Source: a bacterium (lineage in GTDB: Bacteria; SZUA-182; DTGQ01; JAFGSM01). Taken from it: 64,000 nucleotides of DNA. This document shows positions 8,894 through 17,827 of the stretch, one piece after another. The stretch is from positions 1 through 64,000 of the forward strand of contig JBLIRN010000013.1 in NCBI GenBank assembly GCA_049472315.1, in the 5' to 3' direction. Position numbers and translations under genes: made by a program. Under the pieces are notes generated by a model. That model was not told the DNA's origin, made no database searches, and was given only the letters and a program-made list of their open reading frames with translations. Positions within the stretch are counted from its first letter, which is position 1; every line of letters begins with the position of its first letter.

Positions 8894-9595
8894 ATGTTAC
8901 GTCTTAGGTTGAGAACAGCTCTGGTTTTACTCATTTCTCTATGTCTCATTGGTGCATTCCTTACCATCAAGTGCCTTCGGGCTGAGGAGGATGACAGTGA
9001 GACGAGAACGGCACAATGGTATCAAACGCGATATGGCACCTCACCATGGGGCGGAACGTGGACCATGGGGCAATTCGGACCGGATGTCGGATACGGAGAA
9101 CAAGGAGTCCGCTATCAATACACCGACCCCATGACCGGAGCCTTTGTCAGCTATTCCACCACGGGCATGGGAATGGGATTAGGCGGACCTTTGATGGGGT
9201 ATGGCGGGATGTACAGCGGCCTTGGTGCTGCATCGTACGGACCGTACGCCTATGGAGGTAGTGCAAACCCTAGTCCGACATACGGGTGGGGCACCCAGGG
9301 TTCCATGTCGGGAAGCCTTTTTGGTCCCAACACCAGTTACTATCAAGCACAGCCGGGTCTGGCGTGGATGCTTAGCGGCGGTTTTGGCGGCGGCTACGGC
9401 GGTTATAGCGGTTATGGCGGCTACGGTGGCTACGGCGGTGGCTATGGCGTTCCCTATGGCGGCTACAGCGGTTACGGTGGTTATGGTGGCTACAGCGGTT
9501 ACGGTGGTTATGGTGGCTACGGCGGTTACGGTGGTTATGGTGGCTACGGCGGTGGCTATGGCGTTCCCTATGGCGGCTATAGCGGTTGGTATTAA
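8894..9595 (+). CDS. Secreted Gly/Tyr-rich low-complexity protein
   Basis: GGAGG RBS, signal peptide, C-terminal (GGY/GYS)n repeats, downstream terminator. Confidence 0.8.
   Translation: MLRLRLRTALVLLISLCLIGAFLTIKCLRAEEDDSETRTAQWYQTRYGTSPWGGTWTMGQFGPDVGYGEQGVRYQYTDPMTGAFVSYSTTGMGMGLGGPLMGYGGMYSGLGAASYGPYAYGGSANPSPTYGWGTQGSMSGSLFGPNTSYYQAQPGLAWMLSGGFGGGYGGYSGYGGYGGYGGGYGVPYGGYSGYGGYGGYSGYGGYGGYGGYGGYGGYGGGYGVPYGGYSGWY
9376..9592 (+). repeat. Coding tandem repeat (GGY)n with duplicated GGGYGVPYGGYSG block
   Basis: ggcggctac/ggtggttat 9-bp units visible in the DNA. Confidence 0.85.
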
Positions 9596-9672
9596 TCGGT
9601 ATCCTGCTCCCCATTGTGCTGCCTAATCGCGTGCGCAGGTGCGAGGAGTCATAAGAAAACGCAAGTAAAATC

Positions 9673-9713
9673 AAAGGGCCGGGACACTCGTGAAGAGTTC
9701 CGGCCCTTTTTTT
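9673..9713. terminator. Intrinsic terminator between convergent genes
   Basis: AAAGGGCCGG...CCGGCCCTTTTTTT. Confidence 0.85.
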
Positions 9714-9751
9714 AACGGTTGGTGGTACGCCCTGCTGTTCCTGTCGGGAGA

Positions 9752-10552
9752 TCAGGTCTTGAGGATTGTCAGTGCCTCGTCCACCGAGACGTTCTCATGG
9801 ACGAGGCTGCAAATGGCCTTGACCATGGCCCTCTTGTTCTCGTGCTGGAATGCATTTCTCCCGATCGAAACCCCGGCCCCCCCTTCGTCGATGGAATCCT
9901 TGATGATCTGAAATACCTGCCGGTCATTGCCGGCCTTTTCACCGCCTGCAATCACCACCGGTATGGGGCATCCGCGCACCACCTCGGCAAACCCTTCCCG
10001 TGTCCCCGGATAACTCACCTTGACGATATCCGCACCCAACTCAGCCGCAATCCTGGCTGCGTGTTTGATTCCTTCCACTGACCGCTCGTCGCTGAATTTT
10101 TCGCCCCTGGTATACATCATGGCCAGGAGGGGCATGCCCCATTCGTGACACTTGATGGAAACCTCTCCGAGGTCCTTCAGCATGTCGGACTCGCTTTCCG
10201 CCCCGATATTGATGTGGACGGAGACCGCATCGGCGCCGATCTTCAAGGCCATTTCCACGGTGTTGACGAGGACCTTGGCATTGGGGTCCGGCGCCCACAC
10301 CGTGCTCCCCGAGAGGTGGAGTATGAGGCCGATATCGCGGCCATGTCTGCGATGACCATGCAAGGGTAGGCCAATATGCCCCAGCACGGCGTTTGCTCCC
10401 CCCTCCGAGATTTCGTTCACCATGTCCCGCATATCCACGATGCCCTTTATGGGGCCCATCGTGACCCCATGGTCCATGGGTACGATCACCGTCTTGTGCG
10501 TGTTTCGATCGATGATCCTTTCAAGCCTGATGTTCTTTCCAATGCCGAGCAT
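9752..10552 (-). CDS. Class I aldolase, archaeal-type ADH synthase (AroA')/DhnA family
   Basis: GKNIRLERI...IVPMDHG, ELGADIVK, IAGG, SIGRN motifs. Confidence 0.85.
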   Translation of the reverse strand: MLGIGKNIRLERIIDRNTHKTVIVPMDHGVTMGPIKGIVDMRDMVNEISEGGANAVLGHIGLPLHGHRRHGRDIGLILHLSGSTVWAPDPNAKVLVNTVEMALKIGADAVSVHINIGAESESDMLKDLGEVSIKCHEWGMPLLAMMYTRGEKFSDERSVEGIKHAARIAAELGADIVKVSYPGTREGFAEVVRGCPIPVVIAGGEKAGNDRQVFQIIKDSIDEGGAGVSIGRNAFQHENKRAMVKAICSLVHENVSVDEALTILKT

Positions 10553-10965
10553 AGGTTCGCCCCCTTAAACCAAATTTAGAAGAATACAACTTGAGAATAA
10601 TAAAAATCATACACTTGAATTGTATGCATTCCAAAAGAGCAAGAATCCTGCCCTTACCGTTATTAACCCTCTCGTATCCTCCAGCCATCCAAGCCGCACC
10701 CGGAAGGCATGGCGTGGATGTCGTCATGACGAAGCAATTTTATGCCGGTCCACCCCGCACCCGGAAGACACCCCACGGTGATGTAGCGGACATCCACCGA
10801 TACGGAGTAGATTAGCACCTTTTTTTTCAAAGTTCCAGTAGAAACGGGTGACTGGCACGCATGCCCATTGACATGCCGATTTTTTGAGGTATAACTATAT
10901 ACAAGAGGGTTTTATAGCAGCCTATTCAATCTGCTCGCCTTGCGCGAAGAAAGGAGGATGCGAGG

Positions 10966-11028
10966 ATGACGATCAAAAAGGTGACAAAAAGGTCCAAGGG
11001 GCTGTGTAAGTGCAAGAATTCCTGCTGA
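10966..11028 (+). CDS. Putative RiPP precursor peptide MTIKKVTKRSKGLCKCKNSC (20 aa)
   Basis: AAGGAGG at 10951-10957, 8 nt before ATG; basic leader plus 3-Cys core; followed by hairpin terminator and RRE-rSAM-SPASM gene; too short for the ORF track. Confidence 0.75.
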   Translation: MTIKKVTKRSKGLCKCKNSC

Positions 11029-11047
11029 CGTTGTTTGTGTCCATCTG

Positions 11048-11085
11048 AGGGTCGGCGGTGTACGCTGTCGGCCCTTTTTGTTTTT
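11048..11085 (+). terminator. GU-rich hairpin plus U tract after precursor (likely leaky terminator)
   Basis: AGGGTCGGCGGT-GTAC-GCTGTCGGCCCT then TTTTGTTTTT. Confidence 0.7.
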
Positions 11086-11098
11086 CGGAGAACGATGC

Positions 11099-11461
11099 AT
11101 GGGAAAGGAGGGATTCAAGGGATATATCTGCCGTCCCTTTTGCACCTATTTTCGTGAGGGTGCAAAGGAGGATATGGCGTGCCGCGGGGCCCGGGTGGTC
11201 GAATCCCTGCTGCAGGCAGGGGTGTTCCGGATCGATGCCATTCCAATAAACGGGAAGTCTCCGCACCTATGGGCACACCGCGACGAGGTCCTGGAACGGA
11301 CGGTGTGTCGATCATGCCCCTTTCGTGCGGAGGATTGCGATTTTCAATCCCCGGTCCCTCCCCCCGGCGCGGAACCGTGCGGTGGCTATATCCTGCTGAG
11401 CCTTCTCAAGGAGAAGGGAATCATCACCACTGCGGATCTCGAGGATTCGGGCGATGGATGA
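11099..11461 (+). CDS. Cys-rich hypothetical protein, partner of rSAM maturase
   Basis: GGAG RBS; CRPFC...C, CRSC...C...C (7 Cys); overlaps the rSAM start. Confidence 0.8.
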   Translation: MGKEGFKGYICRPFCTYFREGAKEDMACRGARVVESLLQAGVFRIDAIPINGKSPHLWAHRDEVLERTVCRSCPFRAEDCDFQSPVPPPGAEPCGGYILLSLLKEKGIITTADLEDSGDG

Positions 11462-12629
11462 TAACAGGCGTTTTTTACGACTGCATCCCCGGGCTGCGCT
11501 GAAACGGCTGGAGCGTCCCTTTGTCTATCACCTCGACCGGGACGAGCTCTATGAGATCGATGCTGCTGCGGAGTCATTTCTGGTTTCCTGTGACGGTACA
11601 CTGGCCAGAGAAAAAGCGGCCGCCGAGGAGGAATTCGTGGCATATTGCCTCGAGGAGGGACTCCTGGAGGTCCTGTCGCAACCGGAATACACGCCGGTGT
11701 GCATGGATCGGGCCCCGGTTCCCTCCCTGCGCTATCTGGAGCTGCAGCTTACCAGCCGGTGTAACCTGAAATGCCTCCACTGCTATCTGGGGCCGCCGCA
11801 GCAGGATGTCCTCCCCCTGGCCGCAGCGCTCGGCATTGCCAGTGAATTTTCATCGCATGGGGGCCTGCGCCTTTTGATCACCGGGGGGGAACCGCTTTGC
11901 TATCCTCACATCGAGGAGTTTATCGAAAAGACAGCCGATCTGAAGGTGCGGCGCGTGATTTTGACCAACGGAACGCTCATCGCCACAGAAAACATCCGCA
12001 GGCTTGCGGTGGAGAACATCCAGTTCAGTCTGGACGGCTGGCGTGCAGGGCATGAGCAGGTGCGGGGGAAGGGCTCCTTTGATAAGGCGTTGCAGGGGAT
12101 ATATGCGGCCAGGGAGGCGGGGATACCCGTATCCATCGCCACCATGATCCACCGGGGAAACCTGAAGGAATTCGACCGCATGAGACGGTTTGCCGAGGAG
12201 ATCGAGGCAACCGAGTGGGGAATCGACGTGCCGTGCGTGGCAGGTTCCCTTGCGCACAACACCAATCTGATCGTCCCCTATGAGGAGGCGGTTCCCTTCA
12301 TGAGGTACTCCTACGGAGGGGGGTACCACGGGTCATCGGACGGATTTGCCTGCGGACACCATCTGATGACGGTGTTGCCCACGGGCAGGGCGGTCAAGTG
12401 CGGATTTTATGCGGATGCGCCCCTGGGGGACGCCCGGGAAGGCCTTATGGCATGCTGGGGGAGACTGCGGCATGTTCCACTCGAGACGCTCGAATGCAGG
12501 AGCTGCCCGGTGGTCGAGGAATGTGCCGGGGGCTGCCGGTTTCGCGCCCCCCATCCGCTGGCCCCCGACCCGGTGATGTGCATCCTCCATGGCAGGGATC
12601 GCCTTGCCTCCCCTGAACGCAAGCCCTGA
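11454..12629 (+). CDS. Radical SAM/SPASM peptide maturase with N-terminal RRE/PqqD-like domain
   Basis: CNLKCLHC; GGEP; SPASM C-x15-C ... CxxC-x5-C-x3-C-x14-C; ~70-aa N-terminal beta-strand/helix domain ending EEGLL. Confidence 0.88.
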   Translation: MDDNRRFLRLHPRAALKRLERPFVYHLDRDELYEIDAAAESFLVSCDGTLAREKAAAEEEFVAYCLEEGLLEVLSQPEYTPVCMDRAPVPSLRYLELQLTSRCNLKCLHCYLGPPQQDVLPLAAALGIASEFSSHGGLRLLITGGEPLCYPHIEEFIEKTADLKVRRVILTNGTLIATENIRRLAVENIQFSLDGWRAGHEQVRGKGSFDKALQGIYAAREAGIPVSIATMIHRGNLKEFDRMRRFAEEIEATEWGIDVPCVAGSLAHNTNLIVPYEEAVPFMRYSYGGGYHGSSDGFACGHHLMTVLPTGRAVKCGFYADAPLGDAREGLMACWGRLRHVPLETLECRSCPVVEECAGGCRFRAPHPLAPDPVMCILHGRDRLASPERKP

Positions 12630-12651
12630 GCCCCTCCGGTATCCCGGTTGC

Positions 12652-14016
12652 TCACCTGCCTCGTCGTATGTGGTGTTTTTTCATCTTGTAGCGAAGGACT
12701 CGCTCGCTGATGCCGAGTTCCTCGGCCGCCCGCGTCTGCACCCACCGGTGGTTCTCGAGTGCCTTGAGTATCATCGACCGCTCGGAATTCGCCAGATGGC
12801 TCCCCAGGAGCCCCGTTTGTTCTTCCAGGCTCTCCTGCGGGCGCTGCTTCATCTGCATGGGAAGGTCTTCCACATCGATGACCTCGTGCCGGGTGAGCAC
12901 CACTGCCCGCTCGATGATGTTTTCCAGCTCCCGGATATTCCCCGGGTAATCGTACTTGATGAGCATGTCCCGGGCCTCGCGGGTGATCCCCTTGATCTGC
13001 TTGTGGCACTTGAGGCTGAACCGTTTCAGGAAGTGTTCGATGAGTCTCGGGATGTCCTCCTTGCGGTCCCTCAGGGGCGGGATGATGATGGGGACGACAT
13101 TCAGGCGGTAGTAGAGATCCTCCCGGAACGATCCCTCCTTCATCAATTCCTCCAGGTTTCTGTTCGTGGCGGCGAGTATCCGGCAATCGGTTTCGATGGT
13201 CGCATTGGAGCCGATGCGCTGAAAGGTCTTTTCCTGAAGGACCCTCAGGAGCTTGGCCTGGGTGCTGAGGGAGATGTCCCCGATCTCGTCGAGGAAGATC
13301 GATCCCCCGTCCGCCTCTTCGAACCGTCCCCTCCTCATGGTGATGGCACCGGTGAACGACCCCTTTTCATGTCCGAACAGCTCCGATTCAAGGAGGGTTT
13401 CGGGCAAGGCCGCGCAATTGACCTTGATCAGGGGACGATTCGCCCTCAGGCTGTGGAAATGAATGGCCTGGGCGATCAGCTCCTTGCCGGTGCCGCTTTC
13501 CCCCCGGATGAGCACGGTGGTGTCCGTCCTGGCGACCCGGGTCACCAGATTCAGCACCTCCTCCATCTGGCCGCTCGCGCTGACGATGTGGTCAAAGGAG
13601 AATCGCTCGTGAATGATCCTCTTCAGTTCCCTGTTTTCCTCTCGCAACTGGAGGTAGTCGGTACCCTTTTTCAGGATGACCGTGAGCTCATCCAGATCCA
13701 CCGGTTTCGTCAGGTAGTGGTATGCACCGTCCTTCATCGCCTGCACCGCCATCTCGATGGTACCGTACGCGGTGAAGACGATCACCAGGATCTCGGGATT
13801 GATCTGCCTGATCCTTCTCAGAAGCTCCAGACCGGTCATTTCCGGCATCTGGTGATCGGTGAGCACCACATCCACGGGGTGCTCCTGCACGATGGCAATG
13901 GCCTCGCGGCCGGTCTCGCACCCCAGGGACTGATACCCCTTTTTGGCAAGGAAGCCCACCAGCATTTCCCGTTGATTTCGTTCATCGTCAACCACAACCA
14001 CGACCCGGTTTTTCAT
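12652..14016 (-). CDS. sigma54-dependent response regulator (ZraR/AtoC/NtrC family)
   Basis: REC domain, GESGTGKE, GSFTGA variant of GAFTGA, Fis-type HTH. Confidence 0.95.
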   Translation of the reverse strand: MKNRVVVVVDDERNQREMLVGFLAKKGYQSLGCETGREAIAIVQEHPVDVVLTDHQMPEMTGLELLRRIRQINPEILVIVFTAYGTIEMAVQAMKDGAYHYLTKPVDLDELTVILKKGTDYLQLREENRELKRIIHERFSFDHIVSASGQMEEVLNLVTRVARTDTTVLIRGESGTGKELIAQAIHFHSLRANRPLIKVNCAALPETLLESELFGHEKGSFTGAITMRRGRFEEADGGSIFLDEIGDISLSTQAKLLRVLQEKTFQRIGSNATIETDCRILAATNRNLEELMKEGSFREDLYYRLNVVPIIIPPLRDRKEDIPRLIEHFLKRFSLKCHKQIKGITREARDMLIKYDYPGNIRELENIIERAVVLTRHEVIDVEDLPMQMKQRPQESLEEQTGLLGSHLANSERSMILKALENHRWVQTRAAEELGISERVLRYKMKKHHIRRGR

Positions 14017-15770
14017 CAGGTATCCCGCCCCCTTTCCTTTTTATTCGGCGATTTGCTGGGCAGATAGAGGATGAATGTGGCGCCGTGCCCCTCCTCGGAG
14101 GCGACCTCGATCCTCCCGCAATGATCCTCCATGATCTTTTGTGCAATGGGAAGCCCGAGCCCGATTCCTCCCTCCTTGTTCGTATAGTAGAATTCAAAGA
14201 TCTTGTCTATCTGGGAGGGGCTGAGCCCGGGACCGGTATCCGCAACCCGGATGACCGCCCCCTCGGGGGTATGTTCCAGGGAGATGGTGATCTTCCCCCC
14301 GCCGGGCATTGCCTGGATGGCATTCCGGATGATATTCATCAGGCACTGTTTGATCTGACCGGGATCGCACCATGCCTCGCCCCCGTTCTTGTCATATGAT
14401 GTCTCCATGACGATGTTGCTTTTTTCGGCCTCCGCACCCAAGAAGAGCACCAGGTCATCGATCAGCTTGGTGAGGCGGACGGAGGTCTTTTCCGTATGGT
14501 ACTGTTTTGCGAAGTTCAAGAAGTCGGTGATGATCTTGTCCACCCGCCCGATCTCCTCCCGGATCACGGTGCTGAATTCCATGAATTCCTTTCGGTCCTT
14601 TTCGCCTTCGGGAAGGAATTCGTGCTGCAGGCGCTGGATTGCCATGCTGATCGCGTTCAGCGGGTTTCTGATCTCGTGGGCCACCCCTGCGGCGAGTTTT
14701 CCGATGGAGATGAGTTTGTCCGCCCGCTGGATCTCCTCTTCCCGGGACTTTTGCACCCGATACTGGCGGTACTGGTGGAAGAAGATGAGAAAGATCCCGC
14801 AGATTCCCAGTGCTATCATCACGCCGCCGAACCAGAAAGCCTGGGCGCTCATGGCATGTTCCGTCTCCTTGAGCTTGGACAGGGAGAGCCCCACCCGCAT
14901 GAGTCCGACGCGCCGTCCCTGGAAGGAAAATGGATGCCGGATCTCCATGACCTCCTTTCCGGTCCTGGAAACGGTCATGGAGGACTCCTCGCCGCTGAGG
15001 TAGTGGAACAGCGGCTTGGCAAGCGGCGCTGGCCCCGATTCCCCTTTCTGCGCGGTGATTCTATTGAAGGGGTCATCGTAGATCAGATACTCGATGCCCG
15101 GCTTGGCCCCGATTTGATTGATTATTTTGGAAAGGCTGATCTCGGATATGAAGTTCCTGAGGTATTCCCCCTGGACGGTGACGATGATCGCGCCGGGGGC
15201 TGTTCTGCGGGCAACCGCCACCCACAGGAGGTTTTCCTGAACCGGGCTGAGGGGCTCGTTTCCCACCATCAGATGCTGTTTGCGACCGGAAAGCACGGGA
15301 TTGACCATGGGCAGGATGTTCGCAGGGTCCATAGCGGGTGGTGAGGGGGCGGGAAGCCCGGGAAAGACATAGGGGGGGTTGGAATCCAGGACGAATCTCC
15401 CCACGGCATCGGTGATGATGACCCGAAATATATTCGTTTCCTGAACGAGCTGTTTGAGGATGAAGGGGTTCTCACCGGTGAGGGACATGACGCGATCGAT
15501 GAAGTACGCATTGTCCAGAAGCCGTTCCGCCACCTGCTGCCTGACCAGGGATTCGGAGAGGACCGCATTGTGCCACGCGATCTCGAGGCTCTGTACGAGT
15601 GCCTCACCCTGATGCCGCAACAGGTTATACATCTCGATCTTTTCGCGGCGAAACTGAATGAGCCCGTTCACCGTGATCAGGATGATCAGCAGGAAAAGCG
15701 TGATCACCGCATAGGTGGTGAACAGGGGTTTTCCCCGTGTTGTCTTATCCGGATGCGTGTTTGTATTCAT
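14016..15770 (-). CDS. Membrane sensor histidine kinase (ZraS-like)
   Basis: Two TM helices, AHEIRNPL H-box, N/G1/G2 boxes. Confidence 0.93.
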   Translation of the reverse strand: MNTNTHPDKTTRGKPLFTTYAVITLFLLIILITVNGLIQFRREKIEMYNLLRHQGEALVQSLEIAWHNAVLSESLVRQQVAERLLDNAYFIDRVMSLTGENPFILKQLVQETNIFRVIITDAVGRFVLDSNPPYVFPGLPAPSPPAMDPANILPMVNPVLSGRKQHLMVGNEPLSPVQENLLWVAVARRTAPGAIIVTVQGEYLRNFISEISLSKIINQIGAKPGIEYLIYDDPFNRITAQKGESGPAPLAKPLFHYLSGEESSMTVSRTGKEVMEIRHPFSFQGRRVGLMRVGLSLSKLKETEHAMSAQAFWFGGVMIALGICGIFLIFFHQYRQYRVQKSREEEIQRADKLISIGKLAAGVAHEIRNPLNAISMAIQRLQHEFLPEGEKDRKEFMEFSTVIREEIGRVDKIITDFLNFAKQYHTEKTSVRLTKLIDDLVLFLGAEAEKSNIVMETSYDKNGGEAWCDPGQIKQCLMNIIRNAIQAMPGGGKITISLEHTPEGAVIRVADTGPGLSPSQIDKIFEFYYTNKEGGIGLGLPIAQKIMEDHCGRIEVASEEGHGATFILYLPSKSPNKKERGRDT

Positions 15771-16152
15771 AATTGTCTTGGGTCATCACTCCCTTGGGTA
15801 TGAGCCGCCTTCGTGCTCCACCTGCATATGGTCCGGATCCGAGCATGGATTCGGATGGATTAAGTATATAGTGCGTACCGTTCCTTGGCAACAAGAAGGG
15901 GATGGGAGATACCTGCTTGATCCCATCCCCTTCCTCGGCTGTTGTTGAGCTTGCGATTGTTTCCGGGTAAATAGCGGCGAGGGGTTTTGTCTCCCCTCGC
16001 CCGTACAGTGCATCACCTCCTTTCCGTCAAAGACCCTGACAAGGGTGTTCATTGGTTGCGCCATTTCTCCCCTGGAAGTGTTTTCTTGTTCCCTCTCTAC
16101 CTCCTTTCTTTCTCGTTGGTGTGTCATCAACTATCCCTTACCCAGTATAGAA

Positions 16153-16168
16153 AGCAACCCTGATGCCA
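16153..16168 (-). promoter_or_regulatory. sigma54 -24/-12 promoter TGGCATCAGGGTTGCT
   Basis: GG-N10-GC spacing, near-consensus; upstream of the HK/RR operon. Confidence 0.8.
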
Positions 16169-16275
16169 ACGTGGGTATATCATTTTATCTTATTGTTATT
16201 ATTGACAGAATAGATTTATGCAGCGACGGGGGTATACCGTCGCCCCTCCCTGGCTCGACGATTTTTGGGGATGAC

Positions 16276-16291
16276 TCGACACTGATGTCGA
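16276..16291. promoter_or_regulatory. Candidate enhancer (UAS) palindrome TCGACA-CTGA-TGTCGA
   Basis: Perfect 6-bp inverted repeat ~110 bp upstream of the sigma54 site, AT-rich segment in between. Confidence 0.55.
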
Positions 16292-16296
16292 ATGGC

Positions 16297-16481
16297 ATGG
16301 GGTCAGGTCTTGAATTATCAGTTTTTGTTCCAAAAACAAAATCACATTTTCATACTTCGTGGCGCCGCAAAGTGACTTGAGCGTTTGTTCCGAAAATAGA
16401 ATCATATTTTCATGCTTCGTGGTGTCACAAGGGAGCATGAGAGTGTATTGCAAAAACTGTCATTTCAAGACCTGACCCCAT
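16297..16481. mobile_element. MITE-like element with ATGGGGTCAGGTCTTGAA terminal inverted repeats and internal ~58-bp tandem units
   Basis: 18-bp perfect TIRs, extending imperfectly to ~31 bp; homologous copy at 37534-37840. Confidence 0.75.
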
Positions 16482-16609
16482 ATTGCCTGAGCGTTTAACC
16501 GGAAATCATGATAGAAGCGGTCATCCTTTTGCTGTATAATGCCGCAAAAGGCGTATGCCATTGTATGCAATTGTCAAATGTATTCTATCCAGTTCACAGG
16601 AAGGAATGT

Positions 16610-17827
16610 ATGACAGGCAAGGGAATGGAGGATCGCCGCAACGGGACGGTCAGCCTCAGCCGATGCGGAAGCTATGCAGTCGACGAGGTGGAGGAGGCGG
16701 TACGGGGCGCACTCGAACCCCTGGGCGGTATGGGTAGCTTCGTCAAACCCAAACAGCGGGTTGCCCTGAAGCCGAACCTCCTGCGGGGGGCGGACGCATC
16801 GAGTGCGGTCATTACGCACCCGTCGGTGGTGGAGGCAGTTGCCCGATTGGTGACCGAAGCCGGAGGGAGTCCGTTCGTTATAGACAGCCCCGGCGCCGGC
16901 ATTCCCTATGTCCCGCAGACCCTGCACCGGATCTATCAGCGATGCGGATACCTTTCCCTGGAGCTTGCGGTGTCCCTGAACTACGACTGCAGGATCACCG
17001 CCGTTCCCTTTGCAGAAGGCAGGGTGATGAAGCGCTTCGATGTGCTCTCCCCGGTCCTCGATGCGGATGTGCTCATCAACCTGCCCAAGGTAAAATCACA
17101 TGGATTCACCTATCTGAGCTGCGCGGTGAAGAACCTCTTCGGGGTGGTGCCCGGTTTGCACAAGCCCTCATACCACGGAAGGTTCAAGGATCGCGAGCGG
17201 TTCGGCAGCATGTTGATCGATCTGTGCCTGCTCCTCGCCCCCGCGCTCACCATATGCGATGGAATCGTGGGGATGGAGGGGGATGGGCCGTCATGGGGAG
17301 GTCTCAGGGAATTGGGACTCATCGCTGCCTCCGCGGATCCCTTCCATCTGGACCTGGTGACATGCTCCCTCATCGATTTCGATCCCATGCGGGTTCCCTA
17401 TCTCAGGCAGGCGATCCACCAGGGGATCTGCGCTGCTGATGTGTCCGCCGTGCCGCTGAAGGCACCGGGGACGCTCGATGCCCTGCGCGTTCCGTTCTCC
17501 GCCCCGGCCACGTTCGACGCACCCGGGGTGATCGACCGTCTGCGGCGTGCGTTCCTCCTGAGTGTCCTGTGCCATGCATGCGGCAGGGTATTGAGCATTA
17601 CCCCGCGCGTTGACCCGGCGGCCTGTCGCGGATGCGGGGTATGTGCGGAGGCATGTCCGAACCGGGCCGTCTCCATGGTTTCCGGCAGGGCGCGGATCAA
17701 TCGCCGCCGGTGCATCCGCTGCTATTGCTGCCACGAGCTGTGCCCCCACGGGGCCATTGTGCTGAGACCCTCACGGATCAGGAAGGTTCTCCGGGCATTA
17801 AGGCGGGCAGCACTCCGGCGGGTATGA
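16610..17827 (+). CDS. DUF362 protein with C-terminal 2x[4Fe-4S] ferredoxin domain
   Basis: LKPNLL, THP, NLPKVKSH, GMEGDGP; CRGCGVCAEACP, CIRCYCCHELCP. Confidence 0.9.
   Translation: MTGKGMEDRRNGTVSLSRCGSYAVDEVEEAVRGALEPLGGMGSFVKPKQRVALKPNLLRGADASSAVITHPSVVEAVARLVTEAGGSPFVIDSPGAGIPYVPQTLHRIYQRCGYLSLELAVSLNYDCRITAVPFAEGRVMKRFDVLSPVLDADVLINLPKVKSHGFTYLSCAVKNLFGVVPGLHKPSYHGRFKDRERFGSMLIDLCLLLAPALTICDGIVGMEGDGPSWGGLRELGLIAASADPFHLDLVTCSLIDFDPMRVPYLRQAIHQGICAADVSAVPLKAPGTLDALRVPFSAPATFDAPGVIDRLRRAFLLSVLCHACGRVLSITPRVDPAACRGCGVCAEACPNRAVSMVSGRARINRRRCIRCYCCHELCPHGAIVLRPSRIRKVLRALRRAALRRV

Noticed and set aside
9201..9674. Alternative-frame ORFs (AVTVVMVAT and HHNHRNR repeats)
   Set aside because: Frame shadows of the GGY repeat; only the 8894 frame has an RBS and signal peptide
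12589..14067. 492-aa plus-strand ORF
   Set aside because: Antisense shadow of the sigma54 regulator, as is common in GC-rich genes
15786..16130. 114-aa minus-strand ORF under the sigma54 promoter
   Set aside because: No recognisable motif or signal peptide and it crosses two strong hairpins; treated as a non-coding leader, though not fully excluded
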